Shown: positions 26,301-38,246, counted from the stretch's first letter. The stretch: DNA of 59,316 nt from Asterionella formosa (GCA_002256025.1 NKIB01013343.1:1-59316); one strand, 5' to 3'. Notes: a model not told the origin generated them from the sequence alone. A program made the numbers and translations.

Positions 26301-26984
26301 ACAAGCTATGTATGAATATTCAGCAAGAGGGAGTTGACAGCAGTGTAGCAGCCTGGCAATCACGCTTGCTCAGAATGGAATGGAATGATCAGGGTTGCTT
26401 GCTTGGTGGGAGGAACAACTGTGGGCAGAAGCACTCCTGCTACTTGTGTCGGGCGACAGCTATGTGCATGCTGGTTGCAGCAATCAGATCATCTACACTA
26501 CATAATGATGCAGATCTAATGATGCAGATCTCAGTTGCGTTTAGCTTTTTTGTTCTTTTCTGTATTATTTCGCTCTTCGATTGTGTGATGGAAAGTCGAT
26601 GTTGCCAGTGTAAGTAGTACAACAATGAAAACGTCTCCACTGAAACTCATATTTTTGACTTCATGGTGCGCTCGAGCGAGCGTGCCCGAAGAAATTGCTA
26701 TGTATGTGATTCACAGCAACAATAGCATCCACAATGCCGTAGTCTAGTATGACTACGTAGGATGCAGCAAAAAGTCAAAGATGGAAATGATGACATATTT
26801 ATTATTGTGAGCCCATACCAAAATGTTGCCTCTTCAATTGACCGAACATATCGCTACACATTACAGATTATATATAGTCTAGACTACCGGTAGTGCGTAC
26901 TTTGGGTGGTATTGCAATAGTTCAGCTGGTTCTGGAAGCCACTGTACCGCCGGCGCGGGTCTTAACTATATTTATTGCCCGCCA

Positions 26985-29900
26985 ATGCTGCCGTATTTTC
27001 ATGACTCCTCGGCGAGCGACGAGGACGAAGGTGACAAGGTGATCCCCCCACCGCAGAGGTCAAGAATAAACCCTTTTGATGACTCTTTCTCTTCCTCCGA
27101 AAACGATGTATTTTACGACGCGCAAGAAGCGGAACAACAAGTTGTTGGCCCGCTTGAAGCAGCCCTCATGGAATATGCCGATTGGAGCGATGATTGTGAT
27201 CATAGTCAACCTGACAACTTGTCCCTGCACCGAAACTTCTTGACTAGAAGTATTCAAACTCATCTCCCATCCTATGGAAGTGACGCGGAACTAGGGACAA
27301 TCAACAGGAGGCGACCAATCCTATCTCGACGTTTGTCTACGCAACCCCAGGCTCCACGGGTGCGACTGGAATCTACAGTGTTATCCAAACTCGACAGCAA
27401 TCCTCTGGAAACAACAGCAAGTACTCCTTGGATTAAACTTATCCTATTGGAAGAACTTGGGACCGCGTCTTCATGGGTGGTCTTGTTGCTTCCTTACTTT
27501 GCCTTCATGTTGTGTTTGCTTTTGGACTCGTATTCGTCGGCAGAGCACATCGGACCGCTTAATGCCACGTCCACTTGTCAAAATACAACAGCTACACCCA
27601 TGTTTCAAATGATGGATAAATCTTGCACTCATTCTTTTTCACTCACTTCTGACTCGCTAAGTACGTCGCAGTGGTATCAGCAAATCATGAAGCGAGGCAT
27701 TGCCTTTACATCCTCTCCGATTCCCACCATCCCACCCATGTCATCCTTTTTGAGGGGTGATGCCAGATACAGCAATATCACCTCGCCCGTTGTGGCGCTT
27801 GTAGCAAGGGGGATGATATTTACTTCGACGGTTCTTATGCAATTGAACGAAAATCAAATGTGGATCCCACTTAGTGTAAGTGCACCAGAACAGCTGAGCA
27901 TGGCGTGTGTTGTGGCCGAAGACACAGCAGATGGCAAAGGTTTTCGAAATGAGGATTCTGTACCTTTATCTATTGCTTCTACGTGGGATTGTACCTCTCC
28001 CAGAATTGTCGATGTCCTCTTCAGCATGCCCGGGACTGCAGTCTTGTCAGGACGTCCACTTCAAGTCAATGTATTATATGCATTTCAGAAGTTTCCGAAT
28101 GAAATTAAGTCAATGGTTTATGCAGAAGGAGTAAACGACCTGTTTCGCAACTACGTCATAAACATTGACGACTCTGAAGTGTTATTGGAGACTATTGTTT
28201 CCCACTCTACCTATACCCTCGAGCACGCCAGTCCCTCACACGAATCTCTGAATATTTTCGTGAGATTACTGGCGTGGGTAGTAACGATGCTTTTTATGGG
28301 ACGATGGTGTCAACGAATGGGCGTAAAGGGATTCCTTGGATTAAGTGATCATGGGTGTTGCTGGTTGAATGGTGGCTGGTGGTTATGGGCTTGGTTTCGT
28401 CAAAATCATGAAGAAGAAGCACTACTGAATAAAGATAAACACCGGCGAGCCATGACTGCATTTTGGTGGGAATCTCCCTGGATTCTCTTTCCCGAGCGTC
28501 GCTACCTGCTACTCCTAATGCTGAGTCTAATGTTGGTCCAAAACCCATTTTTGATTTACGCCTACTTTCACCCTCAACTTTACAGCAATCCGAACTTTCA
28601 TACGTTGGTCGATGCAATGATTGGCATCGGAGTTAATTTCAATTTCATGTTGTGGTTGTGTATATTTCAGGGCTTGCGCTACCATACAGCGACAGTGAAT
28701 CGACGACGAGCAAGACAGCAACAGCAAGTTTTGGAATTTCAACGTACAGCCAAGTATATCGCTAAAGCCGATGTAACGTTTAATGGGAATGAAGAGGAAT
28801 TTATTGATCGCTACACGCAAGAATACTTTGATACCTACGGTGATATCGATGGGACTGGATCATCTGAGACGCTGGATGTGAGACTCAAGAGTGATCCATG
28901 TGGTGACTCATGGGCTGACTTCTTATTTTCCAAATGTGTACTCCTTCTCATTGGAGTATCCGCAGTCATTGTTTGCTCATCCTACCGATTCTCTGCAAAT
29001 GCAGCCCTTGTCTCTCCTCGTGTATTGGAACATTACAATACAATTTATGTCTGTGGTTCTTTTATCGAACTATTCGTCATATTTTTTTGGGTGTTTTTGC
29101 TACTGCGGCAAGCCATTCGAACGGGATCAAAGTTGAGAAAAGAACCCTTCCTGAGCACTCGGCCGGCGCAATTGGCATATCGCATTCTATTGGGTATTTT
29201 GTTTCTTACTCTTGGATCCATTTTTGTCCCAATCTTTGCTGATATGTACTATTTCATATCGAAATGGAGTTTGCATGGACGTGATCAAGGAAATGAAAGG
29301 GATTCGTCATCCAGCACTATAGACATCCTCCTCAAAGTTATTCTTCATGTCAGTGAACGAATTCCATTTATTGGGGCTGCTGCCTTTTATGGACCTGGAA
29401 AAGTTCTTTTTGGAACCGTAACAACTTTATTAGCAGCGTTTATATTCCTGCCATCAAGATCGTTTTCTGACCCAGATGACCCATGGTTGATTGGACGGAA
29501 TAAAGACAAAGTTCACGAAGTCACCGAACCGAACGACAACATGTTTTCTAATTTAAATCTCACAGATTTTGGACGACGAAATAAGGACAAGCGTCTTATG
29601 GTCACGTTGGCTCGATACACACACACGTGGAGAATCATGCCATTACCAATAAAGAAAGTCAATAGCAATTTGTTATCGGACCTGTCATTTCACCTCGACA
29701 CCAGCGATTCAAGCATTGCTTTCTTTGGGAAGTACACTGCAGTATTTTGTCTTGAGATTGCATGCTGGCTCCTCGAGGCGTCTTGGCAGGCGTATTATTC
29801 CCCCACGGATTTTTCCTCAGACAGCTTCGCACCTGGACGAATGTCGCTCGATAGTATAGGACTTCATTTGGAGAAGGCAATTTTTGATGAAGAAACGCTG

Positions 29901-31169
29901 ACTCAGGCATACATTTCTACCAACATGAATGCTCAGGTGGATGGTCCGGAAGATTCGATCATTGTGGTCGCTTTTCGAGGAACAGCCAACGTGCAAAATA
30001 TGAGAATGGACCTCAAACTTCGCCAAATTCCTCTTTTGGACCAAATCATTGGATTAGGGGATCCCATGTTTCAAGTTCACGTCGACGGAGTAAGTGCTTC
30101 TTACACAAATACATGGTTTTATGATTTTCCTGTGAAGCAGCCTTCCAAGCTCAAGAGCTACACACCATCCGGTTGCAATACCTGGGATGGCTGCATTGCA
30201 TTCCCGCTTCGTGTTGAGAAGCAGTCTGCCGTCACTGCTGTGTCCTTAGGAGCCAAGGCTGTCCTCAAAGCTACGCCAATGGCTAAACAGACATTGCCTT
30301 GCGTGCATCAGGGGTTCCAAGAGGCCTACTCACATATGCGAGAAGAGGTTTGGAATTCATTGCTAGGAATCCTTCAACGACAGCTGGCAAAGTCGGTGGA
30401 ACGTAGCAGACAGGATCACGAATATGGTCACAAAGAACCATTGTGTTTGCCGAAGATATATATCACTGGCCATTCATTGGGTGGATCGATTGCCCAGCTT
30501 TTGGCTCTAGATTTGGCTAGCAACTGTGAGCTGAACTTTCAACTTGATGATCCTATGAATAGTAAACAAGACTGTGACGACAGTTCCTTCCATATTCCAT
30601 TGGATACGCCAACAAGATCTGGACCAGATTCAGTGTATTCTCCATACAGACCAACTTGCACCAATGCACATCGTGAGACAAGAGAACCAATCAAATTGCG
30701 GCCTCCAATCGCTGTTTATACCTACGGTCAGCCACGAGTTGGAAACCACGCGTTCGCCAGACTCTACAAGCAAAGGGTTCCACATACCTTTCGAGTTGCA
30801 ACTGAGGGTGATGCAATAACTACCACACCAACTGCTATGATGTGTGGAGGCTGGTATAAGCATGCCGGTTTGGAAGTCATGTTAGACGAAGGGTTGACGG
30901 GTAACATTCTTGTTGGCCCCACCGTGGTAGAGACTATGTTCCGCTTCACGAAGATGAGAACTAGTCTTGTTGCTCATTCTCTGGAGACTTACCGAGATTC
31001 TTTGGAGAGTGGTTTATCTCAAGACGAACTCCAAGAGTACTATCGTACCCGGGGTACCACGACAACGAAGGATTCCAAAAAGCGAGCCAAGATGAATCAA
31101 CCCATTCACCAAAATCTCCCAGAATGGTTGACGACCGTAAAAATACGACGATCGTTTCTAGATTCTTAG
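26985..31169 (+). CDS. Multi-pass membrane protein: TMEM181/Wntless-like TM bundle fused to a C-terminal class-3 lipase (1394 aa, intronless)
   Basis: Lipase motifs VAFRGT, VHQGF, YITGHSLGG (30468-30485), YTYGQPRVGN, EGDAI and AHSL. N-terminal TM, a lumenal domain, then about 7 TMs with ERRYLLLLMLSLMLVQNPF, LWLCIFQGLR and FLFSK. Confidence 0.92.
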   Translation: MLPYFHDSSASDEDEGDKVIPPPQRSRINPFDDSFSSSENDVFYDAQEAEQQVVGPLEAALMEYADWSDDCDHSQPDNLSLHRNFLTRSIQTHLPSYGSDAELGTINRRRPILSRRLSTQPQAPRVRLESTVLSKLDSNPLETTASTPWIKLILLEELGTASSWVVLLLPYFAFMLCLLLDSYSSAEHIGPLNATSTCQNTTATPMFQMMDKSCTHSFSLTSDSLSTSQWYQQIMKRGIAFTSSPIPTIPPMSSFLRGDARYSNITSPVVALVARGMIFTSTVLMQLNENQMWIPLSVSAPEQLSMACVVAEDTADGKGFRNEDSVPLSIASTWDCTSPRIVDVLFSMPGTAVLSGRPLQVNVLYAFQKFPNEIKSMVYAEGVNDLFRNYVINIDDSEVLLETIVSHSTYTLEHASPSHESLNIFVRLLAWVVTMLFMGRWCQRMGVKGFLGLSDHGCCWLNGGWWLWAWFRQNHEEEALLNKDKHRRAMTAFWWESPWILFPERRYLLLLMLSLMLVQNPFLIYAYFHPQLYSNPNFHTLVDAMIGIGVNFNFMLWLCIFQGLRYHTATVNRRRARQQQQVLEFQRTAKYIAKADVTFNGNEEEFIDRYTQEYFDTYGDIDGTGSSETLDVRLKSDPCGDSWADFLFSKCVLLLIGVSAVIVCSSYRFSANAALVSPRVLEHYNTIYVCGSFIELFVIFFWVFLLLRQAIRTGSKLRKEPFLSTRPAQLAYRILLGILFLTLGSIFVPIFADMYYFISKWSLHGRDQGNERDSSSSTIDILLKVILHVSERIPFIGAAAFYGPGKVLFGTVTTLLAAFIFLPSRSFSDPDDPWLIGRNKDKVHEVTEPNDNMFSNLNLTDFGRRNKDKRLMVTLARYTHTWRIMPLPIKKVNSNLLSDLSFHLDTSDSSIAFFGKYTAVFCLEIACWLLEASWQAYYSPTDFSSDSFAPGRMSLDSIGLHLEKAIFDEETLTQAYISTNMNAQVDGPEDSIIVVAFRGTANVQNMRMDLKLRQIPLLDQIIGLGDPMFQVHVDGVSASYTNTWFYDFPVKQPSKLKSYTPSGCNTWDGCIAFPLRVEKQSAVTAVSLGAKAVLKATPMAKQTLPCVHQGFQEAYSHMREEVWNSLLGILQRQLAKSVERSRQDHEYGHKEPLCLPKIYITGHSLGGSIAQLLALDLASNCELNFQLDDPMNSKQDCDDSSFHIPLDTPTRSGPDSVYSPYRPTCTNAHRETREPIKLRPPIAVYTYGQPRVGNHAFARLYKQRVPHTFRVATEGDAITTTPTAMMCGGWYKHAGLEVMLDEGLTGNILVGPTVVETMFRFTKMRTSLVAHSLETYRDSLESGLSQDELQEYYRTRGTTTTKDSKKRAKMNQPIHQNLPEWLTTVKIRRSFLDS

Positions 31170-31369
31170 CCGTGGCATGACCTTTGTTATGTATCCTTCT
31201 TGCTGTATATTGACGATATCTAAATATTGATGTTAAGTTGAAATTGCAATTCTTCAGAAGTTCTCTCAGGGCCGACAACAGTGCCCCCGATATCAGAGTC
31301 GAATACTCAATTTGAACGATGTGAAATAATCATATAGATCCATGAAATGCAAACACAAATCATTTCCAA

Positions 31370-33056
31370 CTAACAGGCAGCATGAGGATGAGATAGGAAA
31401 TAGCGCACATTAGCATCTCGGATTACTCCTTTTTGGGCTAGGAGCCATAGCTCTCCGCCTGAGCGCTTCGTCGTCAGGCTATGAATGGAATGATATCCAT
31501 CTTTCATGCTGTCCATTAGGGGGATGACAGAGTCAATGTGGTCGGCAAGGTCTTCTGCCAAAGTCATGGTCAGGTTAGACTTGACAACGACGCGAAACAT
31601 TGAAGCATCAATAGGAGCTCCAATTAGCAACGCTTCCAATTCTCCCGCCTTGGTGAAGTTGTCGAAATTCATTTGATAACCAGACACATACCAGTGACTT
31701 TCGGAAAGAGCATGTTGCAGATCAACATCATCGTAGCTTACTCCTCCCTCAGGACTGAGACGAGCACCAACCACTGGAAGGCAATGCGTATCCCCATCAT
31801 CGACTATGTGAAATCTAGGCCGTCCATCAGCGAACTTCATGGCCTTCAAACGATCACGCAAAAACTTGGACACGGCCATTTGATTGTCCACCTTCTTTTT
31901 GTACCCATCCATACCTAGGCGTAAGAATTGGTAGTACTGTGCATATGCAGCAGTGGCGGGACGCGAGAAGTTGAGCGTCATGCTATCGCATTGCCCGCCC
32001 AAATAACTGACAGTCACAGCAATGTGCTCTGCAAGATCCTCTCGGTGACGGAAGACAACCCATCCTGTGCCACAAACTGATTCTCCAAACTTGTGACCAG
32101 AAGCCGAAATAGACATGACGTTCTTCAAACGAAAATCGAATGGAGGCATGCTATCTTGAAATGGAGCAATGAACCCACCAGAAGCAGCATCAACATGAAT
32201 ACCAATCTGGTATCCCTTTTCGGTGTTGAGCCTGCCTATGGCCTCGTCAATGTCCCAAATGGGATCATAAGCACCATTATAGTGGTTACCAAGAATGCCA
32301 ACGACAGCAATGGTCTTTTCGTCGCATAAGGCGACCATGCTGTCGGCATTGACTTTAAACTTATTCTCAATGGAAGGTTTGCAAAATCGCGGTTCGACGT
32401 CGAAGTAACGGAAAAATTTTTCCCAGGCTGCTTGGAAACATGTACTGATGACCATGTTTGGTAAGACACCAATGACTTGGCTAGAAGTCAAGCCTTGCCT
32501 TTTGGCATACCACTAAGCAGAAAAGAAGAGAATCAAATGAAGCGTTAGAGCATAGCCCCGAAGCAAAACCAAATGTTTCACCTACAACACGAATCCTTAC
32601 ACTTCTCCAACGAAACTTGAGTGCCAACCCAGCCAGCAAACAAGCTTCCGTGCTTCCCACAGTGCCAGCTCCACTAAAGTCTCCCTCCACTTCAGGGGCA
32701 TTCCAAAGCTTGGCAATCATGTTAACACACTCATTGTGGATGCGAACACTTGCCGGGTAGACGCTGGCATCTGCCAAATTCGTAACCATGCCCAAGAGAA
32801 TAACTTCCTCTTCTTCAGGTTCAGTGACGACATTGACGTAGCTGCTAGTATTCAACCGAGGCTTATTATCCAGTTGATTTTGTTGGATGATGCACTCCTT
32901 CACATGACGAGCGGGCATTCCAGATTGAGGTATAGATTTATGCGTGTTGCGGGGAATAGCTGCATGGCCCGATGCGAAATATTGCGCCTGGTCGTCGCGA
33001 AGGGCCACCAGTTGGGCTTGAAGTTGTGAAATGGTTTCATCTTTGTTCTCCGACAT
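31370..33056 (-). CDS. GAD: Glutamate decarboxylase (PLP-dependent group II), 532 aa; exons 33056-32601 and 32512-31370
   Basis: Motifs TVGSTEACLLAGLALKFRW, IHVDAASGGFIAPF, SGHKFG (PLP Lys), YLGG..TLNFSRP and YYQFLRLG. The 88-bp intron 32513-32600 (GTAAGG...CTAAC...TAG) joins the two ORFs in frame. Confidence 0.95.
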
Positions 33057-33249
33057 GGTGATGAGTCGGGGCTGTGTGAAGGTGAATGAATGAATGCAAT
33101 GCAATCAATAGAAGATTTGATGGTACCTGGTACGTGAATCTGTGTAAAAGTGTTCAAGTGTTCGCTTGAGCAAATTTTGTTCAATTTTAATTTTGACTTC
33201 TATCTGTTTATGTAGCGGTAGACTACCTGGTAGTCTATGTGTATAAATT

Positions 33250-33307
33250 ATGTATGGTACCCCTGGTACCAGGTACCCTGGTACCATACTAGGTACCTGG
33301 TACCTGC
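33250..33307. repeat. Stacked TA-CC(W/C)GG-TA (GGTACC-rich) tract upstream of GAD
   Basis: TATGGTACCCCTGGTACCAGGTACCCTGGTACCATACTAGGTACCTGGTACCTGC. Confidence 0.85.
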
Positions 33308-36300
33308 TGAGCGATCCTGAACATCGATACAGATGCGTATAGGGTTAGGGTTATATCAAATATATCAGAACTCAATAATGAGAGAACTCAACTAACACCT
33401 ATTGTATACTTTGATGTCAACATAGGAAATGAGTTGTACATCAGGATTAATTAACAAGCTCATATATTCAACAAATACTGCTACTTCTAGTTAGATACTT
33501 CACTTTGAATTCAAAAAGAGTCCAATTAGAACAAAATGAACATGGCAATGTATTCAAGGGTTCCTGTCATTCCTTTGATCAAAGATTACAATGTATTGAC
33601 TATCAAGACTAAAACATTCAGAGTTGCTTTAACCGGTGGAAGGTTTGAATTGTTTGATCAAGATATGATCGATGGAAGCTCTGTGGAAGCATTGTTGATT
33701 GGAGTGAGTAAATTTCGTGACATGGCTAACACATGTGCCTTTAGCCCTGCAGATACCTTTTCCTACTTTAAAAGGTGTTTGACGGACATTGCCTTATCGG
33801 ATTGGTTGAATGTGGAAGTACATCCAGAAGATCAATCCTATGATAGTTTCAATGAAGCGATGGTTTTATGGTTAGATGATCGTTTACCAAATGAGAGTTT
33901 TCGACATCAATGACAATGGATGCTACTCTACTTATCTAAACCCTTTTCTATGTTGGTAATGGATTTCGGAGCTCGTATTAAAACTTTTAACAGGCTACTT
34001 CAACTAATGCCTCATCCAGAAGATCAAAACGGATTGTCAAAAGAAGATATGCGGATTATCATCATCCGGTTTATGCCTGATGAGTGGCAACAAGAGTTTG
34101 AATTGAATCATACTAAAACTTCAGACCAATCAATTCGCTCGGTTCTTGCTTACTTCGAGAGTCAACAGTCGTTTAAGGAATGAAACAAGCATCTTCCCAA
34201 TAACAGTTTTCAAACAATCACGCAAAATCGTCTTCGTATTGCTGAAGGCAATCGTGTGATGCGTCAAGAAAACAAGCGTGTCAGTTGTCAATTTTAAAAC
34301 GATAATTTTACTCGAAGTGGTCGTGGAAGAGCGCGTGCTATTTTCAACGCAGCCGGTCGCGCATGAGATCGTCAGGCGACTGTTCGTCATCAAGCTCTAC
34401 AAGCCAGTCATACGTATCATGATTATCGTGGCCCTTGCCCAGTACATCCTGAAGGTACACATACTTGGGGCAATGGTTTTCAGAATCCTCATACTCAAGG
34501 TGGTCGAGCAGGTAGCATCATGGCTGGTCGTCATAATGGACGTGGCCGTTCCACTTTTGGTGGACGAGGACATTTTGGTGGTCGTGGAGGCGGCTCACAC
34601 AGCAATCCTACAGAAAGCTACCATACTGACACTGCTAACCCTGTGCCTGTTCTACATGCTCGTATGTTAAATACATGGGGTCGTAATACTCATCCATCCG
34701 GTTGGGGTACTGTGCCACATGCCGATCCTACCGAGAATACATCTGCCCAGGAAATTTCAGTGGTCACGAACCCTCCTGCTGGTCAGATAGTGACTTTTTT
34801 CCCTACTACACAACAGCAGATTGCTGATTGCCATCACAGAGGTATGTGCGATAATAGCGATGCTATTCATAATGACTCATTGAGCATATCTCACGTTAGT
34901 CATCACCTGAATAATATTGTTTATTTACAGGTTGAATACACAATGGATACCGCTGTTGCTGTAATGCGGGACATATATAAATGCATCGATAGACATGACG
35001 TCCCACATACATATCAGGGCCCAATTCCGGTTTCCTGTTTTACTTCAAAGGATATATTAACATCAATTGATTTGATTCCATGTCTCTTTTAGCGCCACGA
35101 TTGGTGGATGATATATCTATGCATAAAATACTACGAGTATTATTTGATAGTGGAGGATTCTTATCCTTAGTAATACATGAACGAGTTATGCCTCAAGGTA
35201 TTTCTTTGTCTAACAAGACTTCACAATTAATACATACCATAGCTGGTACTTATTCATCTCATGCCAGTGTTATTTTACATGACCTGATTCTACCTGAATT
35301 TAATCGATCTGCTCGTGTTTTACAACAAAAGTGTCAAGTCTTTAATGGTCTATGCACATTTGATGCTATTTTAGGACGTGATTTCCTTCGTCAAGTTGGT
35401 TTAACCATTGATTTCGTAAATAACACCATGTCCTGTATGTATATAACTGTTCCTATGGATTCTCTCACATTCTTTGATGATGCAGAACGTTTACGTGATG
35501 TATTATTATATTTTGATGCACCTATGATTGTGGAATCTTCATATGCGCTAGAAATTAAATCTACTGAATATAATTATGTGAATATTGATACAGTGGTGAA
35601 TAAACAGATGCATTTAACAACAATTCAACGGTCATGTTTGCGAACTATATTGGTTAAATATCAAATATTATTTGATGGAAAATTAAAAGTTTATCCTCAT
35701 AAACAGGTACATTTGGAATCATTATCAAATGCCATCCCTCGTCAGCAACGAGCGTATCCTGTCGCTCATATTCATCTAGAAATTTTCAAAACCGAATTAC
35801 AACGGTTGTGTGATATTGGAGTCCTACAAAAATGCGGTGGTTCTAAATGGGCGTCGCCTACGTTTATAATTCCTAAAAAGGATGGAATTGTCCGATGGGT
35901 ATCAGATTTTCGTGAACTCAATAAAGTCATCAATCGCAATATATATCCGTTACCTCGAATACAAACGATTCTCACTAAACATTCTGGATATGTATTCTTC
36001 ACCAAACTTTCGCATTAGATGTGGAGAGTCAAAACTTGTGCGTTTCTTCCACTCCATTTGTTTTATATATATATTTACGTCTCCCGATGTGGGTGAAACA
36101 ATCATCTCATATAGCACAAGAAACTATGGAACAGATCCTTAGTGATTTAGATGATGTGGAAATTTATATTGATGATGTGGGTTGTTTTTCAATGAATTTT
36201 TCGGATCACCTTCATTTATTGGACACTATTTTACATCGTTTACAGACATATGGTTTTACAATTAATCCATCTAAGTGTAATTGGGCAGTCCAAGAGACAG

Positions 36301-38246
36301 ATTGGTTAGGCAATTGGTTAACTCCTAATGGATTGAAACCTTGGTCTAAAAAGGTCCAAGCATTGATTAATATGTCTTCACCTACCAATCTTAAAAAAGT
36401 CAGATCATTTCTTGGTGCTGTTATGTACTATCGAGACATGTTTCCTAGACGATCTCATGTTCTTGGACCACTTACAGATTTAATTGGAACTAGTCCATTT
36501 GTCTGGTTGCCTAGACATCAACAAGCTTTTGAAGAAATGAAAGCGTGTTTGATTTCAGATTCACTCATGCGTTATCCTGATCATAATCTTCCTTTTCATA
36601 TATTTACTGATGCCTCTGATTATCAATTAGGATCGGTCATTATGCAAAATGATCTCCCAGTTGCTTATTATTCTCGCAAATTATCTGCTGCTCAAAAGAA
36701 TTATACTACTATTGAAAAAAGAATTACTTTCTGTGGTAGAAACCTTCAAAGAATTTCGCTCTAGGTTTTTGGGTGCAGTTCTACATGTTCATACTGATCA
36801 TTGAAATCTTATTTATAATACTTTACATACTCAATGTGTTCTAAGATGGAGACTTTATATTTATTTTTCATTATGTGAAAGGGACTGACAATGCTATTGC
36901 AGATTCCATCTCTCGCCTCCCGAGGCTTGAGTTTTTGGTGGGGGATGATATTGGACCGAAACCTCCAGCATCAACATCCATTTCTACCTTTTCAATTGAA
37001 TTAGATGATGAACCTTTGCTTACCTGTTTCCTTAATCATCCAATTTTGACAGATAATATTCAGTATCCTCTGGACTATAATTTAATACATGATAGACAAT
37101 TACTGGATATACAATTGATTCTCAATCAACAAACACATCCGTTAAAATTTCCCTCTATCAATTTTCATGACATAATTTTAATATGTTTTGTGAAGAATCC
37201 AGGAGATACTTGGCGTATTGCTATTCCTACATCATTATTGGATCCTATTATTAATTGGTATCATCAGATGCTAGCTCAAGTGGGTATGACAAGATTAAAT
37301 GCTACAATTGCTACACATTTTTATCACCCTACATTGAAAGCAAGAGTAGAACATATTGTAAGAGTATGTGAAGCATGTCAGCGTACAAAATTACCTGGTA
37401 CTGGTTTTGGTGAACTTCCACCCAGGAATGCGTTGTTATTACCGTGGTCAGAAGTCGCAGTAGATTTAATTGGTCCATGGAAGATAACAGTGGCAACTTA
37501 AGTAATTGAATTTCTTGCTCTAACTTGTATTGATACGGTTACCAATTTGGCAGAAATTTCATGTATCAATAACAAAACATCAGAATATATTGCAATGAAA
37601 TTTGAAAATGATTGGTTAGCCAGATATCCCCGTCCAGAACGTTGTATACATGACAATGGAGGTGAATTTACTGGTGCTCCTTTCTTACACATGTTGGGGT
37701 TGAATAGAATTAAAGATGTGACTACTACAGTCAAGAATCCACAAGCAAATGCTAACTGTGAACGTTTACATCAATCTATCAGTTATGGTCTACGAGTTAT
37801 GTTAAAGGCTCATCCTCCAATGAATGAATTTCAAGCCCAAAATATTGTGGATACGTGTTTTGCAACTGCATCATATGCAGCTCGAACTACTATTCATAGT
37901 AGTATATTATGTATTTCACCAAGCGCATGGGTTTTTCAACATGATATGATATTAAAAATTCCTTTGATTACAGATTTACAATTAATATATCAACTTCGAC
38001 AAGTGATAATCGACGAACGCTTACATCGCGTTAATTTCCGTCGTCGATCTTATGATTACAAAGTGGGTGATGAGATTTTATTACTTTTGGATAATCCTAC
38101 TACTTTGGATGATTGTGGACGAGGTCCTTATACTATTATTCGACTACATGCCAATGGTACAGTTATTTTTCAACGCACTATGCATATTACAGAACGAATT
38201 AATATTCGTCGTATCAAACCTTTTCATAGGTAAAAGGTTTTCCCTT
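33308..38246 (+). mobile_element. Ty3/Gypsy LTR retrotransposon copy 2: 5' LTR, gag, PR, RT, RNase H and IN, with stops and frameshifts; 3' LTR absent
   Basis: LTR 33308-33502 (TG...CA). gag from 33536; protease LFDSGG; RT WASPTFIIPKKDG, DFRELN and YIDD; RNase H TDASDYQLG; integrase VDLIGPW, IHDNGGEF and NPQANANCERLH. Similarity to copy 1 stops at AAGGTTTTCC just before the PPT. Confidence 0.95.

Noticed and set aside
23650..26640. Numerous 60-140 aa ORFs
   Set aside because: No recognisable domains, often non-ATG starts, and located in decayed repeat DNA.
26985..33056. Lipase and GAD as a functional gene cluster
   Set aside because: Convergent neighbours with no shared pathway evidence; adjacency alone is uninformative in a eukaryote.
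32481..33104. Separate 207-aa and 373-aa ORFs as two genes; likewise ORFs 39029-40345 and 40447-41898
   Set aside because: Each pair is joined in frame by a canonical intron.
33339..33354. TAGGGTTAGGGTTA telomere-like repeat
   Set aside because: Only about two units, inside the Gypsy LTR and degenerate in the other LTR copies; not a telomere or healed end.
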